This document shows, piece by piece, positions 20,723 through 30,849 of a stretch of 64,000 nucleotides of DNA; within the stretch, counting starts at the first letter, position 1; each line of letters starts with the position of its first letter. The position numbers and the translations under genes are program-made. The notes below the pieces were generated by a model, which saw only the letters and a program-made list of their open reading frames with translations, ran no database searches and had not been told where the DNA came from. Origin of the DNA: Reclinomonas americana ATCC 50394 (taxonomy: Eukaryota); the NCBI GenBank assembly GCA_048213135.1, contig PS015009.1, forward strand, positions 620,001 to 684,000. The letters are read 5' to 3'.

Positions 20723-21556
20723 TTAATAGTCCCCCATCGTTTCCGGCAACTGCGCCAGTGCTTTCTGTAACTGTTCGTCATTGGGAGCAATACCATGCCA
20801 TTCGTGGCTGCCTTCCATGAAGTCCACACCTTTACCCATCACGGTCTTCATAAGAATAACAACCGGCACCCCTTTGCCCAGTTCAGCTTTGGCGGCATTC
20901 AGCCCGGCTACAACCGCATCCATATCGTTGCCGTCCATTTCCATCACTTTCCAGTTAAAGGCCTCGAATTTGGCTTTCAGGTCACGCAGGCCCATCACTT
21001 TATCGGTTGGCCCGTCAATCTGCTGCCCGTTATAATCAATGGTAGCGATGAGGTTATCTACCTTATGATGCGCCGCAAACATGATGGCTTCCCAGTTCTG
21101 TCCTTCATCCAGTTCACCATCGCCATGCAGGGAGAATACAATACGGTCGTCGTTATTCAATTTTTTAGCCATAGCCGCGCCGATGGCCACGCTCATACCC
21201 TGACCCAGGGAACCGCTGGCTACCCTTATACCGGGGAGATGCTCGTGCGTGGTAGGATGCCCCTGCAGGCGGCTGTTGATTTTACGGAAAGTGCTCAGTT
21301 CCTGTACAGGAAAATACCCACTGCGGGCGAGGGAGCTGTAGAATACCGGGGAAATATGGCCATTGCTGAGGAAGAAAACGTCTTCACCCACCCCGTCCAT
21401 ATGAAAATCGGGATTGTGTTTCATAATATCGAAATACAGGGCGGTAAAGTATTCCGTGCAGCCCAGGGATCCGCCCGGGTGGCCGCTTTGAACGGCATGT
21501 ACCATGCGAACGATATCCCTGCGGATCTGTGAAGCGATGTCTTTCAGGTTATTCAT
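20723..21556 (-). CDS. Transketolase, N-terminal (TPP-binding) subunit
   Basis: SGHPGGSLG, LSNGH, LQGHP, GSLGQG, GDGELDEG...NGQQIDG, HG. TAGGTTTG -7 box at 21636-21643. Confidence 0.95.
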   Translation of the reverse strand: MNNLKDIASQIRRDIVRMVHAVQSGHPGGSLGCTEYFTALYFDIMKHNPDFHMDGVGEDVFFLSNGHISPVFYSSLARSGYFPVQELSTFRKINSRLQGHPTTHEHLPGIRVASGSLGQGMSVAIGAAMAKKLNNDDRIVFSLHGDGELDEGQNWEAIMFAAHHKVDNLIATIDYNGQQIDGPTDKVMGLRDLKAKFEAFNWKVMEMDGNDMDAVVAGLNAAKAELGKGVPVVILMKTVMGKGVDFMEGSHEWHGIAPNDEQLQKALAQLPETMGDY

Positions 21557-21897
21557 TTTGTGCTTTTCGTTTAATACCCGGATTATTATGTGCAACAGAC
21601 GCAGATACGGGCATTCCGGCCTGTTATTTGATGTGCAAACCTAGCTCAAAATCGACTGACAGGCAAAGGAAAATAGCAATTTAGCCCCCCACAGTTAATA
21701 ATAAGTTTATAATTTATGCGTTATTTGCGTACCAATATCGGGAAAAACCGTTTTCTCACGAAAATCTCTCCGGTATTATTGCTTTCAGGCAACTCTTTTA
21801 CCAAAAGTTATGTCTATAATATGGATTTAGGTTTTTATCCCTAGAACATATTTAATACTTTTGCATCATATTTAGCGGTAGATTTTAATAATTCAGA

Positions 21898-23028
21898 ATG
21901 GACAACATACTACTTAGCGCAGCGCTGGCTTTTTTGATCACTTTCTTCGCCATCCCGGTTATCATCCAGGTAGCCAAGGATAAAAAATTATTTGACGAGC
22001 CCGATGAGCGCAAAGTACATAAAACCGTTATTCCAACCCTCGGTGGACTGGGTATTTTCGCCGGTTTCATTATCGCTACCTTAATGGGTGTTCCTTCAGG
22101 CATTACGTCTGAGTTACAATACTTTGCAGCTGCAGCCACTGTAATCTTCTTCCTGGGCATCAAGGATGACATTATGATTCTTTCGGCCAGTAAAAAGTTC
22201 ATAGGGCAGCTGATCGCCGCAGGCATCATCATCAAGTTCGGCGGTGTACAGCTTACCAATATGCACGGATTCCTGGGTATTTATGAGATCCCCCATATTG
22301 CAAGTATCCTGTTATCGATCTTCACTATTATCGTAATCACCAATTCTTTCAACCTGATCGACGGGGTAGATGGCCTGGCTGGCAGCCTGGGTATGCTAAC
22401 CACGCTGGTATTTGGTGTATACTTCTTTTATGCAGGCCAGCTTACTTACGCTGTAATGGCACTGGCACTGGCGGGCAGCACATTCGGCTTCCTGATCTAT
22501 AACTTCTCTCCTGCCAAAATATTCATGGGAGATACAGGTTCCTTATTACTGGGCCTGATCAATTCCATACTGGTGATCAAATTCATCAATGTAGCGGGTA
22601 ACCCGGCTTCCAACTTCCCGGTAGACGCGGCCCCTGCCATTGGTTTTGCCATCCTTATGATACCCCTGTTCGATACGCTCCGCGTGTTCGGCCTGCGTAT
22701 CCTCGACAGGCGCTCACCCTTCAGCCCCGACCGTACACATATCCATCATTTCCTGCTTGACCTGGGACTGAGCCACCGCCGGGTAACCCTTACCTGCGTT
22801 GCGCTGAATATCGGCTTCATTGTAATGGCCTTTTTCCTGCGTCATATGGGTACTACCCCCGTATTGGGCATATTGCTCTGCTCCGCGTTTATCTGTATCG
22901 GCGCCATCTATTACAGCCGTCCAAGGCCAAAAGTGGTCACTGCAGACAAGGAGCTCTCCAATACCGTGATCAAATCGCACAAGATCCTCAAACTGGCGTC
23001 TTCACCTGAACCTGTAGAAGCAGAGTAA
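21898..23028 (+). CDS. MraY/WecA-family undecaprenyl-phosphate GlcNAc-1-P transferase
   Basis: RKVH, PTLGG, GIKDD, NSFNLIDGVDGLA, IFMGDTGS, DRTHIHH. Confidence 0.92.
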   Translation: MDNILLSAALAFLITFFAIPVIIQVAKDKKLFDEPDERKVHKTVIPTLGGLGIFAGFIIATLMGVPSGITSELQYFAAAATVIFFLGIKDDIMILSASKKFIGQLIAAGIIIKFGGVQLTNMHGFLGIYEIPHIASILLSIFTIIVITNSFNLIDGVDGLAGSLGMLTTLVFGVYFFYAGQLTYAVMALALAGSTFGFLIYNFSPAKIFMGDTGSLLLGLINSILVIKFINVAGNPASNFPVDAAPAIGFAILMIPLFDTLRVFGLRILDRRSPFSPDRTHIHHFLLDLGLSHRRVTLTCVALNIGFIVMAFFLRHMGTTPVLGILLCSAFICIGAIYYSRPRPKVVTADKELSNTVIKSHKILKLASSPEPVEAE

Positions 23029-23148
23029 TCTTCCATCCGGCAGTTGTTTTCCCTGGTTTTATCGTTTTATTTTTACGGTACACACCCCCGTTCCTGTAAG
23101 TGACGGTTCTTTTTTATAGATTTGCAGGCAATTAATACAAAACAGGTT

Positions 23149-23712
23149 ATGTCAGACGAAGTCAATAAAATATTATCGGATACCCAAAGCAATATGAGCA
23201 AGGCCATCGGTCACCTGGAAGCGGAACTGGTGAAGATCCGTGCAGGAAAGGCCAATCCCGCCATGCTGGACGGCATAACAGCAGATTATTATGGCAGCCC
23301 TACGCCTATTAACCAGGTGGCGAATGTTACCGTGCTGGACGCCCGTACCATATCGGTACAGCCCTGGGAAAAAAATATGCTGCAGCCTATTGAAAGGGCG
23401 ATCATTATGGCCAATATCGGCATCAATCCGCAGAACGATGGTGTGATCATCCGCCTGTTCCTGCCCCCGCTCACAGAAGAGCGCAGGAAAGAACTGGTGA
23501 AAAGGTGCAACGGCGAAGGCGAACACAGCAAAGTAGCCATACGCAATATCAGGCGTGACGCTATTGAGTCGATCAAAAAATTACAGAAAGACGGCCTCAG
23601 CGAAGATGCCGGAAAAGACGCGGAAAAAGATATACAGGAGACTACAGATAAATACATCGCACTGGTGGAAAAACACCTCACCGCAAAGGAAAAAGAAATT
23701 ATGGCGGTTTAG
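23149..23712 (+). CDS. frr: Ribosome recycling factor
   Basis: IRAGKANP, YYGSPTP, PPLTEERRKELVK, VAIRNIRRD, KEKEIM. Confidence 0.97.
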   Translation: MSDEVNKILSDTQSNMSKAIGHLEAELVKIRAGKANPAMLDGITADYYGSPTPINQVANVTVLDARTISVQPWEKNMLQPIERAIIMANIGINPQNDGVIIRLFLPPLTEERRKELVKRCNGEGEHSKVAIRNIRRDAIESIKKLQKDGLSEDAGKDAEKDIQETTDKYIALVEKHLTAKEKEIMAV

Positions 23713-23780
23713 AAATGAGCGGGTCTGCGATCGTATCTGCTTAAGAAATAATTCCCGGAGAGAAACCTCAAATATTTACC

Positions 23781-24683
23781 ATGCAGTCTTCAGCCAGGGA
23801 AACATGGTTCTTGTTGTGCTCTATCCCCTTTTATATGATACTGATCGGGGCTGAGATCGTCTTAAGCAACTGGAAACACCGTCCTTACTACTCCCTGAAA
23901 GATACCATTCAGAATGTTTACCTGTCGGCCCTCAATGCCGCACTGGACGTTTTTTTACGCTGGCTGTTCTATGTTGGTGTGCTGGTGTGGTGTTATAACC
24001 ATCATTTTATTTCCATCAGCAATCCCCTCCTTTACTGGCTGGCCCTTTTCCTGCTGGAAGATTTCGCCTTTTATATCGAGCACCGGGTAGAACATTTTTG
24101 CCGTTTGTTCTGGGCGGTACATGTTACCCATCATTCATCGGAAGCCTTTAACCTTACCACGGGTTTCCGCTCTTCGGTATTGCAGCCGGTATACCGGTTC
24201 ATTTACCTGGCGCCGCTTGCCTTTTTGGGTTTTCACCCGCTCGACATTGTATTTATGTATTCCGCTACGCAAACCTACGGTATACTGGTGCATACCCAGT
24301 ACATCAGGAAAATGCCCCGCTGGTTTGAAACCATATTTGTAAGTCCCAGCCATCACCGCGTACACCACGCCAGCAATACCATTTACCTCGACAGGAATAT
24401 GGGCATGTGCCTCATCATCTGGGACAAATGGTTTGGTACTTTCCAGCAAGAACTGGATCATGAACCGGTAAAGTTCGGACTGGCCAAATCGATCCCTTCA
24501 ACACAGAATCCTTTCACTATAATTTTTCACGAGTGGTTGTCCATCGGTAAAGACATGAAAAAAAAGGCCCCTTTCTCTACTCGCCTTAAGTACCTGCTGA
24601 TGCCTCCCGGATGGAGTCATGACGGCACCACTCAAACTGCCCGGCAGATGCGGCGGGAATTACAATTAAAAAATAAAAACTGA
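23781..24683 (+). CDS. Sterol desaturase / fatty-acid hydroxylase family protein
   Basis: His boxes HRVEH, HVTHH, H, HHRVHH, plus TM helices. Confidence 0.9.
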   Translation: MQSSARETWFLLCSIPFYMILIGAEIVLSNWKHRPYYSLKDTIQNVYLSALNAALDVFLRWLFYVGVLVWCYNHHFISISNPLLYWLALFLLEDFAFYIEHRVEHFCRLFWAVHVTHHSSEAFNLTTGFRSSVLQPVYRFIYLAPLAFLGFHPLDIVFMYSATQTYGILVHTQYIRKMPRWFETIFVSPSHHRVHHASNTIYLDRNMGMCLIIWDKWFGTFQQELDHEPVKFGLAKSIPSTQNPFTIIFHEWLSIGKDMKKKAPFSTRLKYLLMPPGWSHDGTTQTARQMRRELQLKNKN

Positions 24684-25570
24684 TGTTCCAGGAAGCTATT
24701 ACCCGGGTATTGCAATATACCCGACCATTACACACCATATCCCGTACTTACGGCGGACTGGTATTGCCCGGCACTTCCACTTTCTTTTTCGTGAATGATG
24801 AAGGTGTGGCCATCACCTGCAAACACGTGGTGGATATGATTCAGGGGTCAGACCCCGTTAATAACGCCTATGCAAAATTTATCCAGGAACGCTCCGGAAT
24901 TCCGAATGACCAGAAATTTAAAAGGAACCTGCAGGGCCTGGAGTTGAAATACAGGTACAACAAGGATTCCATCGTACAGCTTAAACACAGTTTCCTCAAC
25001 AGCTTCGATCGCATTGACGGGTTTACCTGTCATACCCACCCTTACCTCGACCTGGCCATTATAGAGTTCAATGGATTCAGCCAGAAATTTTATAATAACC
25101 ATGCCGTATTTGTAAAGGACAGCAGCACTATACAACAGGGCAAATCACTTTGCCGCATCGGTTTTCCTTTCCCCGAGTTCAATAACTTCAGGCACAACCC
25201 GCAGACTGACGATATTGAGTGGACCAATACCGGCAACCCCAACTCTCCTTCTTTTCCTATAGATGGTATTGTTACCCGGTTTGTTGGCGACCCTAACGGC
25301 AATGGTATTACAGGAATTGAAATGAGCACACCCGGTTTACGCGGGCAAAGCGGCGGACCACTATTTGATTCTGCGGGACTGGTGTATGGTATGCAGTTTG
25401 CCACCAATCACCTTCACCTGGGTTTCGATATCCGCGACCTGGAGATCATCAGCAACGGAAAAAGGGAGAAAGTAAGCAACAACCCCTTCCTGCATGTGGG
25501 TATTTCCGTTCACGTGGATAAGATCAAGGAATTTTTACGGGAGAAGAATATCCGGTTTACAGAAGCCTGA
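24683..25570 (+). CDS. Trypsin-like serine protease (no signal peptide)
   Basis: ITCKH, DLAII and GQSGGP triad motifs; TGATG overlap with the upstream gene. Confidence 0.85.
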   Translation: MFQEAITRVLQYTRPLHTISRTYGGLVLPGTSTFFFVNDEGVAITCKHVVDMIQGSDPVNNAYAKFIQERSGIPNDQKFKRNLQGLELKYRYNKDSIVQLKHSFLNSFDRIDGFTCHTHPYLDLAIIEFNGFSQKFYNNHAVFVKDSSTIQQGKSLCRIGFPFPEFNNFRHNPQTDDIEWTNTGNPNSPSFPIDGIVTRFVGDPNGNGITGIEMSTPGLRGQSGGPLFDSAGLVYGMQFATNHLHLGFDIRDLEIISNGKREKVSNNPFLHVGISVHVDKIKEFLREKNIRFTEA

Positions 25571-25581
25571 TGAATGCGAAA

Positions 25582-26460
25582 TCAGGTAGCCCTTTTTCTG
25601 TTGGCGATGTATACACCCAGCAGGATAATGACCAGGCAAACACCCTGTTTCCAGCCCACTTCATCGCCATACCACAGTCCCCACAGGTTGGCCACAATGG
25701 GGATGCCATAGGTGACCATGGAAGAAAATACAGCGCCCGCTCTTTTTATGAGGATATAAAAAATGATGGAAGCGATGGCCGTTCCGCCAATGCCCAGCAT
25801 AGCGGCATGCCCTGTGGAATACAGTATGTCCCTGCTGCCGAGCGGCAGGTTAAAGTACCCGGTGCAGAACAATACAATAGCTGCGGGAATGGCATTCAGC
25901 GACAACGCGATGGAAGCGATGGGCAATGACCCGATATCTTTCAGGTGCCGGTACACCATGTTTACATTCAAACCATAACAAATCGTCGCGATCACCACAT
26001 AAGCCACGAACAGCAGGTTGTCGGGCTTTTCAAAATGCCCCTTGCTGAATAACAGCAATATACTTCCCGACAAAGCGATACATATACCCAGTACTTTATT
26101 GACCGGGGTATGCATGGCAAAGAAAAGCGCACCTGTTATGATCACGAAAATGGGCGTAAGAGAATTGAGTGTTCCTGTAAGAGCGCCATCGATACCTTCT
26201 TCAGCCGCACAGAAAAGAAAGGCGGGCAAAAGGCTGCCGAGCACACCCGAAAGAAAAATAACAGGTATCTTTTTCGCCGGCACCAGCGGCAGGAACCGGA
26301 TGGCCCAGGGCAACAGGACAATACCTGCAAAAACAATGCGGAGTGATGCTACCTGGTAAGCGTTCAGGTGCAGCAGGCCTTCCTTCATCATGATGAAACT
26401 GCTGCCCCAGATGAAGGAGAGCAGGATAAAGATCAGCCAGCTGAGAAAGTCGCGGTTCAA
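25582..26460 (-). CDS. DMT/EamA-family transporter
   Basis: LSFIWGSSF; two EamA repeats with about 10 TM helices. Confidence 0.9.
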   Translation of the reverse strand: MNRDFLSWLIFILLSFIWGSSFIMMKEGLLHLNAYQVASLRIVFAGIVLLPWAIRFLPLVPAKKIPVIFLSGVLGSLLPAFLFCAAEEGIDGALTGTLNSLTPIFVIITGALFFAMHTPVNKVLGICIALSGSILLLFSKGHFEKPDNLLFVAYVVIATICYGLNVNMVYRHLKDIGSLPIASIALSLNAIPAAIVLFCTGYFNLPLGSRDILYSTGHAAMLGIGGTAIASIIFYILIKRAGAVFSSMVTYGIPIVANLWGLWYGDEVGWKQGVCLVIILLGVYIANRKRAT

Positions 26461-26636
26461 ATTGTAAAGAATTGCGGCGAAGTTCTTTTATTTCGCCCGT
26501 AAAAAAATAAGGAAAACGAAAAATGTTTATAAAAACTAATATTCATCACACCTATTGCCTGCACTATAAATAATCATTACTTTTAAAAAAGTAACCTCTA
26601 TCTAAGGAATATTTTTTAACCTTAAAACACAGAACT

Positions 26637-27041
26637 ATGGGATTTTTCAAGGAGTTTAAAGACTTTGCCATGAAAGGCAACCTGGTGGATATTGCTGTTG
26701 CGTTTGTTATGGGCGGCGCGTTTGGCAAAGTAGTGTCCTCATTTACCGATGGCATCGTTTCACCGCTTATTGGCATGCTGGGCGGCGCCGATCTCAGTAA
26801 GAGCGTTTGGACGATCAGGGAAGCCGTAACGGACGCCTCCGGCAAAGTGGTTACGGAAGCGATTGCGATCAAATACGGCGACTTCCTGTCGGCGATCATC
26901 AACTTCATTATTGTGGCTTTTGTTATGTTCCTGGTGATCAAAGGCATCAACCGCATGAAGAAAAAAGAGGCCGAAGCCCCTGCCGGACCGTCTTCCACAG
27001 ACCAGCTTTTGATGGAGATCAGGGATGCCCTGAAAAAATAA
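26637..27041 (+). CDS. mscL: Large-conductance mechanosensitive channel
   Basis: FKEFKDFAMKGNLVDIAVAFVMGGAFGKVVSS...YGDFLSAIINF...LLMEIRDAL. Confidence 0.97.
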   Translation: MGFFKEFKDFAMKGNLVDIAVAFVMGGAFGKVVSSFTDGIVSPLIGMLGGADLSKSVWTIREAVTDASGKVVTEAIAIKYGDFLSAIINFIIVAFVMFLVIKGINRMKKKEAEAPAGPSSTDQLLMEIRDALKK

Positions 27042-27123
27042 TTGTTTTCCCTTACAACCCTTTCGCAGCATTGTTTGTCTATACAACAAACAATGCTTTT
27101 TTTATTCACATAAACCCTCTGCA

Positions 27124-28020
27124 ATGAAGAAGATCATTCTCACCGCTATGGCCCTGCTGGGCTTCTATTGCAATTATGCCCAGGATGCCACCGTAAAAGA
27201 CCTGCAAAAATCAGCCAGTAAAGAAGGCAAAGAGCAGGAAAAAGACGGCTGGTACCACAACGGCACATTTATTTTTAACCTCAACCAGGGAGCGTTGCGC
27301 AACTGGGCAGCCGGCGGCGAAGAAAACACCCTGGGTATTAACAGCGTTTTTAATTTCAACATCGGGCTTAAACGCGGTAAACACACCTGGGATAATTATA
27401 TTGACCTGGCCCTGGGTTTTCAGAACGCGACAAGCTACCGCCGTTTTCGCAAGACAGATGACCGTATTGATCTGACCACCAAATACGGCTACCGCCTGGC
27501 ACCCAAATGGTATGCCGCCTTCCTCGCCAATTTCAACAGCCAGTCGCTGCCCGGTTATGAATATACCGACACCACCGATACCAAAATATCCAACTTCCTG
27601 GCACCCGGTAAAGTACTGTTGTCGCTGGGTTTCGACTTCAGGCCCAACAAAGACCTGTCGGTTTTTATATCCCCCATCACTACCCGGTGGATACTGAAAA
27701 AAGACAATGATTTTTACCCGGTCGATAAGTTCGGTGTACCTGCTTACAGCCGTTCCTATAACGAGGTAGGCGCCTACCTTACCGCCAAGTATACCAAAGC
27801 CATCACCAAGTGGGCTACGTATACCGGCCGGCTCGACCTGTTCAGCAATTACCGCCGCAACCCGCAGAACGTGGACCTGTTCTTCACCAACCTGCTGAGC
27901 ATGAAGTTCAACAAATGGTTGGGTACTAACATCAGTGTAGACATGATCTATGACGACGACGTAATACAGAAACTCCAGCTGAAAGAGATACTCGGCATTG
28001 GCGTTACCCTGAAACTGTAA
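27124..28020 (+). CDS. DUF3078-family outer-membrane beta-barrel protein
   Basis: Signal peptide, NWAAGGE, RKTDDRIDL, FLAPG, and C-terminal QLKEILGIGVTLKL. Confidence 0.85.
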   Translation: MKKIILTAMALLGFYCNYAQDATVKDLQKSASKEGKEQEKDGWYHNGTFIFNLNQGALRNWAAGGEENTLGINSVFNFNIGLKRGKHTWDNYIDLALGFQNATSYRRFRKTDDRIDLTTKYGYRLAPKWYAAFLANFNSQSLPGYEYTDTTDTKISNFLAPGKVLLSLGFDFRPNKDLSVFISPITTRWILKKDNDFYPVDKFGVPAYSRSYNEVGAYLTAKYTKAITKWATYTGRLDLFSNYRRNPQNVDLFFTNLLSMKFNKWLGTNISVDMIYDDDVIQKLQLKEILGIGVTLKL

Positions 28021-28024
28021 CGGA

Positions 28025-28438
28025 TCAGCCGGTTTTTGACCGGTCGGCTTTTTCCGGCAGCCCGGTATTGAAAAGATACCGGGTAACCAGGTAAAAGAAG
28101 CCGAAGAAATTGACCGTTGTGGAAGTGATCAGGGTAATAATGGTGGTATCGGACAGTTGAATGATCTTCCAGCCGGTAAGGAAAAGGATCACAAAAATGA
28201 AGGCAGACCATATCATGGTCAGCGTAAATATTTTGTGGGCATACTTTTTTCTTTCGTCATTATTCTGTGATAAGGTCCGGTTGTATTCCTTGATGGTATT
28301 CAGTTCCTCTATCCTGATCCTTCTTTCCGTTGCCTCATCGGTAAACCGCTCTTCCTGTATATACGAACGCGAAGCCGCGGGCTGCTCCTCGATGGAAGAT
28401 GCCAGGTTTTCGGTACGTATTTTTTTCGGAACAATCAT
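28025..28438 (-). CDS. Hypothetical 2-TM protein, candidate Panacea-linked toxin
   Basis: Starts 1 nt after the Panacea gene stop; charged N-terminus, coiled coil, two C-terminal TM helices. Confidence 0.7.
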   Translation of the reverse strand: MIVPKKIRTENLASSIEEQPAASRSYIQEERFTDEATERRIRIEELNTIKEYNRTLSQNNDERKKYAHKIFTLTMIWSAFIFVILFLTGWKIIQLSDTTIITLITSTTVNFFGFFYLVTRYLFNTGLPEKADRSKTG

Positions 28439-28439
28439 A

Positions 28440-28913
28440 TCAGCTATCTAAAAATTGTTCAAAATACTGCCGGATGTCGTCGTTGGGTATAAGCGTTTCA
28501 TTTACGCCTTCTGAATAACTTTTTGCCCAGGGAGAACCTTCCTGGTGCGTCCAGTTCGATAATTTGACCGCATTGGTATCTTTTAAAAGATCCCAGGTAT
28601 AATCGATGGCTTCCCAGGCTTTTTCGTCGAGATGCGATAAAGCGATCTCATCTTCCTGTACCGATAGTACCCATTCGGTATCGTTGATGGGCAAACTGCC
28701 GTAATACTTATACGTGTGATAGATTTCAGGAATAACCGGGCCGTATTTCCAGGCCTGGAAGACATTTTTAATGAGCGGCTCTTTATACAGCGCCAGGTGG
28801 ATGCCCTGGGCAAAGTAAACCACTTTCTGAAGTTTCATTTGTGTTAAAGGCCGGCCATCCTCTATTCCCTTCTTAACAAATGCATATGCTACCAATGATG
28901 CTGAATATGACAT
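28440..28913 (-). CDS. Panacea-domain (DUF4065/SocA/GepA-like) antitoxin
   Basis: LTQMKLQKVVYFAQG, FQAWKYGPVIPEIY, LSNWTHQEGSPW. Confidence 0.9.
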   Translation of the reverse strand: MSYSASLVAYAFVKKGIEDGRPLTQMKLQKVVYFAQGIHLALYKEPLIKNVFQAWKYGPVIPEIYHTYKYYGSLPINDTEWVLSVQEDEIALSHLDEKAWEAIDYTWDLLKDTNAVKLSNWTHQEGSPWAKSYSEGVNETLIPNDDIRQYFEQFLDS

Positions 28914-29145
28914 TACACTAAGATTTCAAAACAAAAATACTAACATTTTTAGCATTTGCCAATTTTTTTATCATTTTCCTTCATTTTCTTTTGCTGGTAA
29001 ATACAGAGTTATTATGATATGTAAGAAGTATGCCCCTTTTGTCCACATTGATGCAGCGGTGATGTTCCTCACCGGAGATTTCTGTTAACTTATCAATACA
29101 TTTGCTTCCCCGGTAAAACCGGGACTGAACCGAAAAAAGACCAAC

Positions 29146-29946
29146 GTGAATACGACGAGTTACCAGATCAAGTTAGACCAGTTTGAAGGACCATTCGACC
29201 TGTTGCTGTTTTTTATTGAACGCGACGAACTGGACATTTATAACATCCCCATCACCAAGATCACCAACGATTTCCTGGATTATATACATTCTACCGAAAA
29301 GCTGAACATTGAGCTCAGCAGCGAGTTCATCCTTTTCATCAGTACCCTGATGCGTATCAAGGCCAAGATGCTGATACCCCGCAAGGAACTGGATGAACAG
29401 GGTAACGAGATCGACCCCCGCCAGGAACTCATCAACAAGATCCTGGAGTATAAAAAATTCAAGGAGGCCGCCGCACAGATGGCCGAAATGGAAGCCATGC
29501 GGATGCTGATGGTCAAACGCGGTAACCTGCAGAAAGAAATCTCCATCATTGGCGAGGAAGCGGGTGAAGGCACAGAGATACAGACCGTTACGCTTTTCAA
29601 ACTGATGAAGGCTTTTGAAAAGGTAGCGCAGCGCATACACGAGCGCAACAACAGGCCCGTGCACACTGTGGTACAATACAATTATACCATGGAGGGCAGC
29701 CGTGAATACATGCTGGATGCCTGCAAAAAAGAGAAGAACATCGCTTTCGAAAAAATATTCGAAGCGTGCGAGAACCGCATCCACGCCATATTCCTCTTCC
29801 TGTCGCTGCTGGAACTGGTGCAACAGCGCTACATGTCGCTGCTCACCGGCGAAGGACGCAACAACTTCATCATTGAGTGGAATGACAACCGGGACGAAGA
29901 GGTACAGGGCCTCGAACTGGATACCGAACCCACCCAATGGAATTAA
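29146..29946 (+). CDS. scpA: Segregation/condensation protein A
   Basis: FEGPFDLLLFFI, DIYNIPI, IKAKMLIP, DPRQEL, FLSLLEL. TACATTTG -7 box at 29097-29104. Confidence 0.93.
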   Translation: MNTTSYQIKLDQFEGPFDLLLFFIERDELDIYNIPITKITNDFLDYIHSTEKLNIELSSEFILFISTLMRIKAKMLIPRKELDEQGNEIDPRQELINKILEYKKFKEAAAQMAEMEAMRMLMVKRGNLQKEISIIGEEAGEGTEIQTVTLFKLMKAFEKVAQRIHERNNRPVHTVVQYNYTMEGSREYMLDACKKEKNIAFEKIFEACENRIHAIFLFLSLLELVQQRYMSLLTGEGRNNFIIEWNDNRDEEVQGLELDTEPTQWN

Positions 29947-29971
29947 TACTGACTTTTAAATGCGTCATAAT

Positions 29972-29998
29972 TCCCCCTTCATCAAGGGGGATTTTTTT
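29972..29998 (+). terminator. scpA terminator
   Basis: TCCCCCTT-CATC-AAGGGGGA followed by T7. Confidence 0.8.
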
Positions 29999-30064
29999 GC
30001 TATTTTGTCAGGCGACAATCCCGGCATTTAATTTGATGTTTAAACATTAATTAAACACATCAAC

Positions 30065-30778
30065 ATGAAAACAGTATTGCACAAGGCTTCTGAACGCGGT
30101 TCCGCCGATTATGGCTGGCTGAAACCCAATTACTACTTCAGTTTTTCGGATTACCATAACCCGGAAAAAGTACACTTTGGTTTGTTAAGGGTATTGAACG
30201 ATGATTATGTGGCCGGCGGCGGCGGTTTTCCCAGGCATCCTCATGACAACATGGAGATCGTGACTATTCCCTTCACCGGGGCGCTGGAACATAAGGACAG
30301 CACCGGCGGACAAGGCATCATCAAAGCCGGGGATGTGCAGATCATGAGCGCGGGCTCGGGCATACAGCACGCGGAAATGAACGCCTCCAAAACTGACCCG
30401 GTAACGCTTTTTCAGATATGGGTATTCCCGAAAGAAAGGAACATCAAACCCCGTTACGACCAGCGCAATTTTGAGGCTGCAGACAGGCAGAACAAATGGC
30501 AGGTACTGGTTTCACCGCTTGATACCGACAACGCGTTATGGATCAACCAGGATGCAAGATTTTCCAGGGCCGACCTCTCTGCCGGGCAGTCATTGTCCTA
30601 TTCCAATGGTTTTGAAAGCAATGGCGTTTTCCTGGTGGTGATCAGCGGCAGCGTAAAAGTGAATGATACCGAACTGGGAAAAAGAGACGCCCTGGGCATC
30701 TGGGAAACCGGCGAATTCACTGTAACAGCCTCCGAAGACGCTGAATTACTGGCGATTGAAGTACCTATGCTTATCTGA
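30065..30778 (+). CDS. Pirin-family protein
   Basis: LRVLNDD, GFPRHPHDNMEIVT, HKDSTG, MSAGSGIQHAE, FQIW. Confidence 0.95.
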   Translation: MKTVLHKASERGSADYGWLKPNYYFSFSDYHNPEKVHFGLLRVLNDDYVAGGGGFPRHPHDNMEIVTIPFTGALEHKDSTGGQGIIKAGDVQIMSAGSGIQHAEMNASKTDPVTLFQIWVFPKERNIKPRYDQRNFEAADRQNKWQVLVSPLDTDNALWINQDARFSRADLSAGQSLSYSNGFESNGVFLVVISGSVKVNDTELGKRDALGIWETGEFTVTASEDAELLAIEVPMLI

Positions 30779-30786
30779 CGATCAAT

Positions 30787-30809
30787 AAAAAACCCGGGGA
30801 AACCCGGGT
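30787..30809 (-). terminator. Terminator between convergent pirin and L,D-transpeptidase genes
   Basis: ACCCGGG-GAAA-CCCGGGT preceded by an A-run. Confidence 0.7.
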
Positions 30810-30849
30810 CTCTCTGCGCCTTGAACGAAGGCAATTCAAATTCAAATCA

